A stretch of 64,000 nt of DNA from NCBI RefSeq assembly GCF_035084215.1, contig NC_090335.1:41168001-41232000 (forward strand). The letters are read 5' to 3'. The notes under the pieces are model-generated. The model was given only the letters and a program-made list of their open reading frames with translations, had not been told where the DNA came from and did no database searches. Every line of letters begins with the position of its first letter. The stretch's first letter is position 1. Origin of the DNA: Heptranchias perlo (Eukaryota). A program made the translations under genes and the position numbers. This document shows, one piece after another, positions 51,547 through 64,000 of this stretch.

Positions 51547-53149
51547 TATGTGTTCATTAACACGCCCAAAGACCTTCTAGATTAAGCACTTCAATTAACA
51601 TAATAGCCATTGTCAGCATATTACATTGTTGCAGTATCTACCCCATGTTTTGAAATTGTGCTATGTTGTATAAATAGAAACTGTTAAATGAGCCAGCTGC
51701 TGAGCTCATTTTAATCCTTTCAGTGCTAAATGTCCTTGGCACCTTTTTGGAGTATCGTGTACCATTTTTGTTTTGTATCCTGCTTTCCTCTTGTTCACTT
51801 TTTCCGTGTTGCAGGTGGGAGGTGACTGATCAATGGGACTCAGATAGGAGGCATTGACACATCAACATCAAATTGGTTAGCACCAGAACACCTTTCTGGA
51901 CCATTCTGGTCCACTTCAAACACTGCTTCACATGTGGTCAATGGTGCTTATGAACCTACCTCACTTTGACGCAGCTTGTTGCCATAGCAATTTGCTGCAC
52001 TATAAAAGACCCACATTTCCAGTAACCGAATCTGGTTTGATTAACATTATCACAAAACATGTTTGCCTAAAATGTTATTAGTCTGCCCTCTGCAAAGTGT
52101 TGAATACATTTTTAGTGTCAGTGCTAAAACTTCTTTTCAAATTCCATTTTTACAATGCTGCCACTAAACAGAATTTGCATCGTATATTGAGCTACAACTG
52201 CAGCTTAACACAATGAAAAATCTAAATGTCCGATACTTGCCGCTCCCTTTAGAAGTGACTTGGCCCATTTAAATTCTACCCTTGGATCAGATTTCTAAAT
52301 GGATCATGTTCGCATGTGTCTGGAGTCCATTGTCATTTTTGGTTTATTTTTAACAATCTTTGAATTTTAAACAATAAATCTGATTACCCCTAACCCCTGA
52401 AACGAAGTCAGCCAAAGCATTAGAAATTATCAATTCGTTGCAGTCTATCCCAATGACACAGGATAGGATGAATAGCGACTGCAAATGAGGCAATTCAGAA
52501 TAAGCAGCCAGAGAATGATAAGCAGGCAGTGCTCATATTAACCTTTTGTATACCAAGTGATATTGGTGGCCTTTCAAAAATGGGCGTATTTTACCTGATA
52601 TAATGGGGCCGACAATGCGATGGAAAGCGCCTGAAGTGCTGCAGCCCCTTGGGCACCAGAGGCCCAAATAATCAGATGCAGAATAGGCCTGAGGCCTACT
52701 CTGCATCCAAGATGCATTATACATGTCTATGCACTCGTGAAACGCTTCACGTGCTAGTGCTGTGCAGAGACTGTATACAAGGCTCATTATAGGGCCAAGC
52801 TTTATTTAAATGAGGGGTCCTCCTTATAATGCAATCTGCAGGGCTAAGGAGCACCTGATAGGCATAAAACAGATACTGCAAATGAAACCTGCGCTTCTTT
52901 CAGTTGGGCCTTTGTTGTTAAATGTACATTACTGTTTTTGCTGTATCTCTTAGCAACTCACTGTTCCTGCACTATTTTGGTCCAGTTGGATAAAGAAGCT
53001 AGGGAAACTTTTTGGAGCCTTCCTGATTGCTACATAAAGCTGGACTGCAACTTTTATTTGTGGAGCTGAAGTTGCTACTAAGCTCCCTTGCCTGCAGTTA
53101 TGAGTATTCCTATGGGCAGATCTTTCTATTTGCAGGTTCTAAATGTATG

Positions 53150-53790
53150 AATTGTGTATATATACCCAGGCTTTCACACCTGAACCCTGTCTGAAGACAC
53201 TTGCCCACTCAAGCTAAGATTCCTAAAGGTCACCATAACAGTTATGCACATCCAGTAGCCAGACTATGCATAGTTACCACTGTGTTGAACTTTTATACAG
53301 TGGGTTCCTTACAGACATGTGCAGGAGATCTCTGACACATCTCCCAGCCTACAGTTCACAATTGCATCAAGCAGACCACCAATGCATTGTTTGCCAGGGC
53401 CAGGGACTTCATATATTTTCATATGGAAAGCAGCCAGCACAGCAGCAAGTAAGAGCCTTCCACTTCTACCCTGCAGTAGGATTCCCACAAATTTAGGATA
53501 TAATTGACTGCACTCGTGGCCATTCATGCATCTACCACCAAAGCAACTCCATTCATGAATAGTTAGAGCTACCAGTCCATGAATGTGTGGGTGGTCTGTG
53601 ACCCTATGGTCACATGAGCACAATCATGCACATCAGTGCTCGTTTCCATGGCATCTCCAATGATTCCTTCCTCCTTTGGCAGCCAAAAATAGAAGAAGAT
53701 GAGGCTGATCAAGAGGTAGAGAAATTGGCTATAAAACTGGACACTCAGTCTGCCAGAGTCATCAGAACATCTAATTGACCAAATCTTTAA
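53150..53790 (+). mobile_element. Old Harbinger transposase relic
   Basis: VGFPQI*DIIDCTR and ..RFHGISNDSFLL motifs. Probably part of a larger decayed element (~52580-60665) into which the young CR1 inserted. Confidence 0.6.
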
Positions 53791-55437
53791 ATAAGTGTTT
53801 CATACCACCAATGCACAACAGTAATCTCCATGTGTGCCCAACCTCCTTGACAAATAAAGCTTCTCCTCCACTGGATGCTGCCATACACCAACACTCATGA
53901 ATATTACTTCATTTCTCCCCAATAACCTGGTTCTGCCTCTTACCAAAAGAAATGTCAGAACACATTACAATATCAGTCAAGGCAGCTTTTATTAACCCTT
54001 ACAGTGTATGATGCAGGTCTGTTCAGTGTGCTTTGCTCCAGTGCTTCCCTTCTGTGGCAGTATATGGTGTGTGTCTTCCATTCCCTAACTATGAGCTCCT
54101 TCTAAACGTTTCCACAGCGAGGGGAAGAACTTAGATAGATGGCTGCTGGGTGTCGGTGTCTTTCTCTAAGATTAGAGGTGCCTTGTGTCAGGTCAGAAGA
54201 AGGTCTTACAACTGCAGGCACCACGATGAATGATGAAGTGATTGTTTGGGCCTGTATGTTCACATACTGTAGTCATCTGAATGAAGTAGTAAGGAGGTTT
54301 GGATGTTGCATCACAAGGTGTTTCCAGTACCCCAAGAGCTATATCTATCACGTAGGCCAGTTCCTGCTGTTCCTCTGTTGCTGGGCACTCCCTCAACATG
54401 GCTACAAGAACTGTGTGAAAACACACCACTACACAGAAATGAGTTTGTTTAAGCCATGCATGATTGCTGGCTCAAGCTGATTACCTAATGTGGTGAATCC
54501 AGATAAGTCACACTGCTGTGTATTTGGGTCCAAGGTCCGTGTTGCTCTTATCGTAGCTATACTTGAGATTGTAACTATGTCTTGGCCAATGAGTCCTCGC
54601 TGCAGAGAACCCTGGAATGGGCACATTTTCCGTGATGTATGCAGCTCAGTCAGGCAGTCGTGCAGCACCAAACAAATGCACATTCTGCTGCCTTGCATTG
54701 ACACCCCCCCAACTATACAGATTGCTCGCCGTGCTCTAAAATGATGTTGAGCTGCCAACGTCACTTGTATGCAAACCCTGATAGGTCAAAATCCCTGGGG
54801 TTAGCAGTTGATGGACCCCTTGATGTCTCCCTAGCCAGAAGGTTGCACCTTCTGCAATTCTATCTGCACTTGCTTCTCCTCATTGATGTTGTGTGTTTAA
54901 CCAAGTGCTCACACCTGCAGCTCACTAACAACACCCCCAACCCCCCAAATCGGATCTATCTGTGATAGTGTTTGCCGCTGTAAAAGTGGACGATGTAGGG
55001 TTCTGCGAGGTGCACATCTGAGAACGCATACAGGGCTCTACCACTTCCTCCTCTTGGGCACCTAGAGACCAAAAAGCAGAACACACTTGCCAATGCTTGC
55101 AGTAAAACACCTCTTGAAGCATTGCTGCACATCGCAAGACATTTCATTGTATTACACTGAAATGCTGCAGTGTCTGCTTGTGTGTGAGGGAGCGAATGAA
55201 TGTGCATGAATAAGGAGAGAAGAATAAAAAGCAAAGGATACTAGTCATGAACATAAGAAATTGGAGCAGGAGTAGGCCAATCGGCCCCTCGAGCCTGCTC
55301 CGCCATTCAATAAGATCATGGCTGATCTGATCCCAACCACAAATCTAAAGAACACAAGAAGTCGGAGCAGGACCCGGCCACATAGCCCCTGGGCCCTCTC
55401 CGCCACCCACAGGGCATTGACCGATCCGAACTCAGCT

Positions 55438-58293
55438 TCATGTCCAATTTCCTGCCCGCTCCCCATAACCCCTAATTCCCTTTACTTCTAGGAAACTGTC
55501 TATTTCTGTTTTAAATTTATCTAATGATGTAGCTTCCACAGCTTCCTGGGGCAGCAAATTCCACAGACCTACCACCCTCTGAGTGAAGAAGTTTCTCCTC
55601 ATCTCAGTTTTGAAAGAGCAGCCCCTTATTCTAAGATTATGCCCCCTAGTTCTAGTTTCACCCATCTTTGGGAACATCCTTACTGCATCCACCCGATCAA
55701 GACCCTTCACAATCTTATATGTTTCAATAAGATCGCCTCTCATTCTTCTGAACTCCAATGAGTAGAGTCCCAATCTACTCAACCTCTCCTCATATGTCCA
55801 CCCCCTCATCCCCTGGATTAACCGAGTGAACCTTCTTTGTACTGCCTCGAGAGCAAGTATGTCTTTTCTTAAGTATGGAGACCAAAATTGTATGCAGTAT
55901 TCCAGGTGCGGTCTCACCAATACCTTATATAACTGCAGCAATACCTCCTTGTTTTTATATTCTATCCCCCTAGCAATAAAAGCCAACATTCCGTTGGCTT
56001 TCTTGATCACCTGCTGCACCTGCCTACCAACTTTTTGATTTTCTTGCACTAGGACCCCCAGATCCCTTTGTACTGCAGTACTTTCCAGTCTCTCGCCATT
56101 AAGAAAATAACTTGCTCTCTGATTTTTCCTGCCAAAGTGCATAACCTCACATTTTCCAATATTATATTGCATCTGCCAAATCTCCGCCCACTCACCCAGC
56201 CTGTCTATATCCCCTTGCAGGTTTTTTATGTCCTCCTCACTCTCTACTTTCCCTCCCATCTTTGTATCATCTGCAAATTTTGATATGTTGCACTCGGTCC
56301 CCTCCTCCAAATCGTTAATATAGATTGTAAAGAGTTGGGGACCCAGCACCGACCCCTGTGGAACACCACTGGTTACTGGTTGCCAGTCCGAAAATGAACC
56401 ATTTATCCCAACTCTCTGCTTCCTGTTTGATAACCAATCCTCCACCCATGCCAGAATATTACCCCCAATCCCGTGATTTTTTATCTTAAGTAATAATCGT
56501 TTATGTGGCACCTTGTCGAATGCCTTCTGGAAGTCTAAATACACTACGTCCACTGGTTCCCCTTTATCCACCCTATACGTTATATCCTCGAAGAACTCAA
56601 GCAAATTTGTCAGACATGACTTCCCCTTCATAAAGCCATGCTGACTTTGTCCTATTAAATTATGCTTATCTAAATGTTCCGTTACTGTCTCCTTAATAAT
56701 AGACTCCAAAATTTTACCCACCACAGATGTTAAGCTAACTGGCCTATAATTTCCAGCCTTCTGCCTACTACCCTTTTTAAATAACGGTGTTACATTAGCA
56801 GTTTTCCAATCTGCCGGGACCTCTCCTGAGTCCAGGGAATTTTGGAAAACTATCACCAAAGCATCCACAATCCCTACTGCCACTTCCCTCAAGACCCTAG
56901 GATGGAAGCCATCAGGTCCAGGGGATTTATCCGCCTTGAGTCCCATTATTTTACTGAGTACCATCTCTTGAGTGATTTTAATCGTATTTAGCTCCTCCCC
57001 CCCGAGAGTCCCCTGTTTGTCCAGTGTTGGGATATTCTTAGTGTCCTCTACTGTAAAGACTGAAACAAAATATTTGTTCAGCATTTTTGCCATCTCCATG
57101 TTTCCCACCATTAATTTCCCGGTCTCATCCTCTAAGGGACCTATGTTTGCCTTAGCCACCCTTTTTCTTTTTATATAACTATAGAAACTCTTGCTATCTG
57201 TTTTTATATTTTTTGCTAATTTCTTTTCATAATCTAACTTCCCTTTCTTAATCAATCCTTTAGTTACTTTTTGCTGTCTTTTGAAGAATTCCCAATCTTC
57301 TATCCTCCCACTAAGTTTGGCTACCTTATATGTCCTTGTTTTTAGTCGGATACTATCCTTGATTTCTTTACTTAGCCACGGGTGGCTGTCATTTCTTTTA
57401 CACCCTTTTTTCCTCAGTGGAATATATTTATTTTGAAAGTTGTAAAATAACTCCCTAAATGAACACCACTGCTCATGTACCGTCTTACCCTTTAATCTAT
57501 TTTCCTAGTCCACTTTAATCAATTCCGCTCTCATACCATCATAGTCTCCTTTATTCAAGCTCAGTACGCTTGTTTGAGAATCAACCTTCTCACCCTCTAA
57601 TTGGATATGGAATTCAACCATGTTGTGGTCGCTCGTTCCAAGGGGATCCTTAACTAGGACATTATTAATTAATCCTGACTCATTACACAGGACCAGGTCC
57701 AAGGTTGCCTGCCCCCTTGTAGGATCAGTTACATACTGCTCAAGAAATCCATCCCTGATGCACTCAATGAACTCGTCCTCAAGGCTGCTCTGCCCAATTT
57801 GATTTGTCCAGTTAATATGATAATTAAAATCCCCCATAATTATGGCTGTTCCCTTATTACATGCCCCGACTATCTCCTGATTAATACTTCTTCCAGCAGA
57901 GTTGCAACTATTAGGAGGCCTATATACTACGCCCACTAATGTTTTTTTTCCCTTATTATTCCTTATCTCCACCCAAACTGTTTCATTATCTTGATGCTTT
58001 GTCCCAATATCATTTCTCTGTATTACAGTGATTCCTTCCTTTATTAACATAGCCACCCCACCTCCCCTTCCTTCCTGCCTGTCCTTCCTGATTGTTAAAT
58101 ACCCTGGCATATTTAATTCCCAGTCGTTGTCACCCTGCAGCCATGTTTCTGTAATGGCCACAAGATCATACCCATACGTAGTTATTTGTGCCGTTAACTC
58201 GTCCATTTTATTACGAATGCTACGTGCATTCAGATAAAGAACTTTCAAATCTGTTTTGTGACGCTTAGTTCCTGCTTTTTCCTTTTTTAACAC
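55438..58293 (-). pseudogene. CR1 ORF2 (APE endonuclease + reverse transcriptase) with one in-frame stop
   Basis: ORFs 57505..58293 (YLNARS, ITETW, GDFN, SDHN) and 55438..57255 (RT, FADD) share a frame. I read 57256-57504 as open. The only lesion is TAG at 57505-57507, where related copies have W (KVDW). Confidence 0.92.
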
Positions 58294-58376
58294 TTTACCT
58301 ATTACTCCATACCTTCTGTCCCTTCCTGTTACGCTTTCCTCTCTCTCCCTGCTCAGGTTCCCAACCCCCTGCCACT

Positions 58377-59327
58377 TTAGTTTAAACCCTCCCCAACAGC
58401 ACTAGCAAACACTCCTCCTAGGACAGCGGTCCCGGCCCTGCCCAGGTGCAGACCGTCCGGTTTGTACTGGTCCCACCTCCCCCAGAACCGTTTCCAGTGT
58501 CCCAGGAATTTGAATCCCTCCCCCTTGCACCATTCCTCTAGCCACGTATTCATTTGAAATATCCTCCTATTTCTACTCTGACTAGCACGTGGCACTGGCA
58601 GCAATCCTGAGATTACTACCTTTGAGGTCCTATTTTTTAATTTACCTCCTAACTCCCTATATTCTGCTTTTAGGACCTCATCCCCTTTTTTACCTATATC
58701 GTTGGTGCCTATGTGCACCACGACAGCTGGCTGTTCGCCCTCCCCCTCCAAAATGTTCTGTAGCCGCTCCGAGACATCCTTGATCCTTGCACCAGGGAGG
58801 CAACACACCATCCTGGAGTCTCGGTTGCGGCCGCAGAAACGCCTGTCTATTCCCCTTACAATTGAGTCCCCTATCACTATAGCTCTGCCACTCTTTTTCC
58901 TCCCAGCCTGTGCAGCAGAGCTACCCGTGGTGCCAGGAAGTTGGCTGCTGCTGCCTTCCCCTGATAAGTCATCCCCCCCAACAGCATCCAAAGTGGCATA
59001 TCTGTTTGAGAGGGGGATGGACACAGGGGACCCCTGCACTACCTGCCTGCATCTCTTACTCTTCCTGGTGGTCACCCATTCACTTCCTGCCTGTATACCC
59101 TTTACCTGCGGTGTGACCAACTCGCTAAACGTGCTATCCACGAGTTTCTCTGCATCGCGGATGCTCCACAGTGAGTCCACCCGCAGCTCCAGCTCCGAGA
59201 TACGATCGGTCAGTAGCTGCAGGTGGACACACTTCCCGCACACATGGTCGGCAGGGACACTGGTAGTGTCCATGACTTCCCACATCTTGCAGAAGGAGCA
59301 TATCACGGGTGCGAGGTCTGCTGCCAT
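58377..59327 (-). CDS. CR1 ORF1p: zinc finger/leucine zipper plus SGNH/GDSL esterase domain (316 aa)
   Basis: CSFC..CGKC, leucine heptads, and SGNH blocks IVIGDSIVRG / CLPGARI / HIGTND / DGLH, all intact. Confidence 0.92.
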   Translation of the reverse strand: MAADLAPVICSFCKMWEVMDTTSVPADHVCGKCVHLQLLTDRISELELRVDSLWSIRDAEKLVDSTFSELVTPQVKGIQAGSEWVTTRKSKRCRQVVQGSPVSIPLSNRYATLDAVGGDDLSGEGSSSQLPGTTGSSAAQAGRKKSGRAIVIGDSIVRGIDRRFCGRNRDSRMVCCLPGARIKDVSERLQNILEGEGEQPAVVVHIGTNDIGKKGDEVLKAEYRELGGKLKNRTSKVVISGLLPVPRASQSRNRRIFQMNTWLEEWCKGEGFKFLGHWKRFWGRWDQYKPDGLHLGRAGTAVLGGVFASAVGEGLN

Positions 59328-61764
59328 GACTTGCCTTAGCTGAGTTACCCCTTTTAAATTACGTTGAAATTAGAAAATGTTAACTATACTAGGGACCTAG
59401 GTTCACTAAAAAAAAAACACTATCTGCTATAAAACCTGCAGATCTTCCCTTTCTTATTACTTTACTTACAGTAAAATGGTAGAAATACTCACCTGAACCT
59501 ACTCACCAATCAGCTGCCTCCCCTGTGCCGCGTCACTTTCTGACTGGTGACGTCACCCCGAACTGCCGCTGGTCTCAGAGTCTCGCTCTCAGAGTAAGCT
59601 CTGGTCTCGCTCTCTCCCGCCGCTCACCGCTCTCAGGTCCACTACCGCTCTGCAAGAAAAGCAAGGCAAAGCAGCACCTCCTTCCCCCACTTCACCTAAC
59701 TCCCACACGTACCGAACTCTCAGCACACTGTGTAATATCCGCACACATGAGCTTCATGGAGGCCTACAATTTAACCCACTTTCGCTCCTTGCCACTTGGC
59801 AACCTTGTGTAAGCCAAAAATTATCTCCGAGGTTTCGACCACAAGTAAAACAGCATTTATATACTCTGTCACCTCCTTCCATGCATCTCTGGGAGTTCTC
59901 TTTATTGCTGAGTGAACCTCTCCAAAGAAACCCACCCTTCATTGCAGGGCCTCTTCCAGCAAGACCTCCAAAACCTGATCACTGAATGGGGTCATTCAGC
60001 CCACAATCATTTTTCTGCCAAGAAAGAATCCTTTAAGAGCTGCTGGCACCGGGAATCCTATCCCCATGACCTCAGCACACTCCCAACACACCATGCACCA
60101 CGTGCTGGGGGTACCACCTCACTTTGTAGATGAAGTGACTGTGACAAAAAGGAAGCATTTTTATCTAGTTTTGGCTTGATGTTGATTCGTTACTCTGATC
60201 ACAATACACAGGAGCTCTGAAAATCTGGAGGGGGGAGCACACCCTGGCCTAAGTACAAGGATGTGCCCACCCTCTCCTGCTGACTTCAGCAAAGTTCACA
60301 GGTCGGGGGAGGGGCCACGAGTAGCAGGCCTTTGGCTGGGCGAGGGAATTTCTGGGATGTTCCCCTTCCACTGAAGAGGCCAGAAACGCTGGCTGAAGCT
60401 CACCAGACTGGGGACGAGGTGCCAGGTTTCCCCTTTCTCCGGAAAGAGGAAGAGTCAGAGGACCCATTGTAATTTAGGCTCTTCACCTTCAGGTTCCAGG
60501 TCCTGATCCCCAAGTGGGTCCCACATCTGCTCCTGTTGGCAAGGTGTGCCTGGTTAGACTATCACCATCTCTGCACCAGGTACTGGCTGAGTCAGGGCAT
60601 GAGAAATTCCCAGCTTAGCATGCCTTTATCGATGGCCTTGTAGGGGCAGACTGAGAATCTGCCCCACAAAACCACACAGGAAACATTGGCATTGTTGGGT
60701 CCCAGCTGAGTTTGTGGCCATTCTGGCTGACTCTCACCAAAGTTACAGTGGGAGTCTGCTGGAACAGCTTCAAGATTTTAGCTCAAAGGAGTTTAAAAAC
60801 CAGGAGCAGTCAGATTCCTGTCCTAAATACAAATGTTGCAAAGTTTTATTGATATATGTTCAGGCAAATTTGCTTGAGAGAAGCAAACCACACATTTTAA
60901 ATATAAATGCTGGGTGATTGGCTCACTTAAGTGTGTGACTGGCATCTCCCTTTGAATTGAGTTGAGAGTTATTTAAATTCAACAAGCCTCCTCATTTGTT
61001 TGAGGGTATTTAAGTAGGTTGAATTGTTCAAATCATTAAGTTAGTCTGGAATTTTCAAAGAAGTAGATTAGACTCGTTAGCTCCCGCAATTGGAAAGTAT
61101 AAAAATAAAACTGCATATATAAGATTTGAATACAAAATATTTGTTTAGCATTGTGATTGTATTCATTTATTCCACTGTAAATATGTATGTATGGTATTAT
61201 TGTGATATATTTGCTTGTTCACCAATTGTACAATCATTTGCTTATTAATTAAAGTCTAAATGAGTTCTGAAGTTGTAATGCTCTGTTGCTCTTTGAAGAT
61301 AGAAGAAAGTTTCTGTGTTTTGGACAGGATAGGTAAAACAATTGACAGTAAGGTTTTCTGTTTGTTATCCTGGGCTCGCTATCAGAACCTTGCCTAGATA
61401 TCAGGGCCAGTGATACTCCTGAGAGTATCAATTGGAAAATAAGATTCCCCAATGAAAGTAATGTAAAACACAGGAGCCAAGGTACCCAGAGCAAGAAGGG
61501 CAAAAAGGATCAAAAACATACCACTGACTTACATTATGGGGCAAGGTCAGCTGGTAACCCCCAGTGCGTACACATCACCCACTGCACTGTCACTATATTA
61601 TCAATGCCAATATATTCAACAACAAAAAACTTCACTTGATGACTGATTTAACAAAGGTGAATTCATAAAAATCCATAGAACTACACACAGGTCATTCGAT
61701 AGTGTTCTCTGAATAAACAAAAACAGAACAATTCTGCTGAATTGTTAACTTTGGGGCAGAAATG

Positions 61765-61900
61765 GAACCATAGAAGTTTACAGCACAAAAGGAGGCCATT
61801 TGGCCAATTGCATCAATGCAGGCTCTTTGCTAGCGCAATCCAAAACTAATCCCTCTGCTCTGCGTGCTCTTTCCTTTGCTTCAGATATTATCAAATCCAT
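61765..61900 (-). mobile_element. CR1 3' end fragment
   Basis: catagaagtttacagcacaaaaggaggccattt resembles the other CR1 tails in this window. Confidence 0.6.
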
Positions 61901-62814
61901 TGCTCTGGTTCAAACATGCTAATACAATCCTCCAAGGAATCATTCTCCACAGAGATGTACATTGTTTGGTATTTTCTTGGAATTTACATTAAGTATGAAC
62001 ACAGTTGGTGAAAAGTTATATTTCCCAAAGTTGTCATGTTCCTGTTTACAGGGCAGTGCTTAAAATGAACCATTGCTAATTAATTTACCAGTAGGTATTG
62101 TCACCTATGGATTTGACTAGGAACTAAAGTGTTTTTAATAGTATCCACCCTAGGATTGTCATTTGTCTAATGTTGGGCTGGACAGTCTAATTTTTCAGTG
62201 GGTTGTCCAAACATAAACCAGACACCAAGGAGACGATTTACAAGTTGCGCCCAAAACAAGGGTGAATTCACCGGAGCCGGTGATCCGCCTGCCCGCTCGT
62301 GCCCTCATGAGGTTCGAGCCATTTGAGATCCTGGCCACATTAGCATGTCCCCAGCAGGCTATGGGCGCCAAGCAGGCATTCTTCTGCAGTTGCCATTTCT
62401 GGGAGGATGGGAAATCAGCCAGCTCCCATATAGAGTCAGCCGACAGGTTCAAGCCTGGGGAGGGGGAAATGATGGGGCGAAGAGGAGCCTTATTAAAAAG
62501 CGGTGCTTTATTAGGGGCCCAGGAGAAGCACTCCTGCTCCTCCTGGGCCCACCAAAAAAAAGATTGAAAGCTTCCTGGGCCATTTTGTGCGCGGCCTCCA
62601 TGGGTTACCCATTTTTACCTGCAAATTGCAACCGGGTCCTACAAGCAGTGTAGAACCCCAATTTGCATATTTAAGCAGCAATGCACATGTTTCAGGTGAG
62701 CAGGTTGCCCATTTACAGATCCACCTGAAAATTCATCAGGTGGGCCTTGGGCATCAATGGGACCTGGGTTCACATGCAGCTTAAACTTATGGGATTGTCT
62801 ACTGCCCATAAAGG

Positions 62815-63144
62815 ACTTACATGAAATGAGTTTAAAAGTCTCAATCCAGTTACTAGTGGGCATGGGTCTGCAGCACAAAACTGATCCTAATTCAGCACTA
62901 ATTGGCAATCCTGTTCAGAGAGGCCACAGGATGGCTGATGTGGGAAATGGAAAATTGTCATTCTGATGCAGTCCAGCATGTTCTTCTAGGGTTTGAGCTG
63001 AGGAACTTTGTTGCGGCAGAATAGAGTGAGCTTTACTCTGCATCTGGCTGTGCGATGCCTAACCTGAGAGTGCTTAATGCTGACACGGGGTGCTTGAAAT
63101 GGGAAGTGTTGCATTTCCCAGCACTAACATCCCTCACCTTGCTG

Positions 63145-63150
<6 letters not shown>
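62815..63150 (+). mobile_element. LF-SINE-like element
   Basis: tgaaatgagtt..gtctcaatccagttactagtgggca..cacaaaac..gcactaattggca..cagagaggcca matches the recalled LF-SINE core in the same order. Confidence 0.65.
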
Positions 63151-63178
<28 letters not shown>

Positions 63179-63183
63179 AAAAA
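63146..63183 (+). repeat. (AC)n microsatellite plus A run
   Basis: About 14 AC units followed by poly-A, directly at the SINE tail. Confidence 0.9.
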
Positions 63184-64000
63184 TCAATTTGTCACTTCCT
63201 TCACTGTCTCATATTAGTTATTTTAAGTTCAGCTATTTTCCCTCAATAGCAAAGGAAATATCAAAACTTGAGTCATGACCCCATCCTAATCCTACCACCA
63301 TCTGGTTTTGAACCTATGAAAAGATCACAACCCTAACAATACAGATATTTGATTATATAAAAGAGATACTTTGGGTTTCAATTTAAAATCTGAATTTATT
63401 TGAAAGCGTTCAAATAATTAATCATCTCTGACAGCTTAAACAAAAATTTGCATTTTGAATCCACAGCTCCTTCTGTTAGTTTTAATATATTACTGTAGTC
63501 ATTCAATAGAAAATAATAACAGCTTATAAATACAATTCTTGACCAAAGGATTATAATCTATGTTGTTTGGTAGATAATAAGCAGCACAGATGAGAACATG
63601 TCAATAATTATCCATGGCTACGAGTGTGATATGATTCCAGGTCTGTTCCAGAATTTGTAGAAATATCACACTGGTAGTCATGGGGCCCATTTTTGTATTT
63701 CCATAATTAAATGACAGCAGTGTCTCCACATCTATTTCATTACAATGTCAAGAGTTCTGGTATGATACATGCTATATTTCTGCAACTTACCTTTTGATAC
63801 AAAATAGCCATTGCACTGCAAATGTAATTGATTATATGAAACACTTTGAGACATCGTGACATGATAAGATGTTGTATAAAGACCAAGTACTATCATTTAT
63901 TAGTAGTTATTTTGGCTATCTCTCTCCTCAAAACAATGGTGTTGCGATGGTCACAGATCTATATTTATAGTACAAGTAGTTTATAATTAAACAACAGAAA

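Larger units (their letters stand above)
55251..59745 (-). mobile_element. Young full-length CR1 LINE (~4.5 kb)
   Basis: 5' UTR, intact ORF1, ORF2 with a single internal stop, and a 3' UTR with ttcttatgttc tail. Candidate TSD CATGA at 55246-55250 and 59746-59750. Confidence 0.95.

Noticed and set aside
57505-57507. TGG>TAG as an APOBEC/AID editing signature or programmed read-through
   Set aside because: A single substitution with no visible G>A cluster is insufficient evidence.
58702-59343. 213-aa + strand ORF
   Set aside because: Antisense shadow of the intact CR1 ORF1.
62230-62780. GC-rich block resembling a Harbinger MITE
   Set aside because: I could not define TIRs or a TSD, so it is left unannotated.

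Overview
Vertebrate genomic DNA, most likely a shark (inferred from the repeat repertoire; species not determinable here). The window lies inside a + strand Eph receptor tyrosine kinase gene that I recognise as EPHA6. Three coding exons are present: 6779-6903 and 10214-10376 (second fibronectin type III repeat) and 35638-35746 (juxtamembrane plus transmembrane helix). They join in phase at GT-AG boundaries. The rest is intron filled with transposable elements: several CR1 LINE families (one near-intact full-length copy at ~55251-59745), an L2 fragment, four sizeable Harbinger/PIF DNA transposons plus older relics and MITEs, tRNA-derived SINEs, LF-SINE-like relics, and a 198-bp fold-back Penelope-type insert carrying a minimal hammerhead ribozyme motif. 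I found no prokaryotic-type system or CRISPR array and no evidence for a wholly new system. The most notable items are the hammerhead fold-back element, the near-intact CR1 with a doubled 3' tail, an in-frame L2/CR1 chimeric ORF, the Harbinger target-site pattern, and possible truncated EPHA6 isoforms. Family names come from recall of consensus motifs, not database searches.
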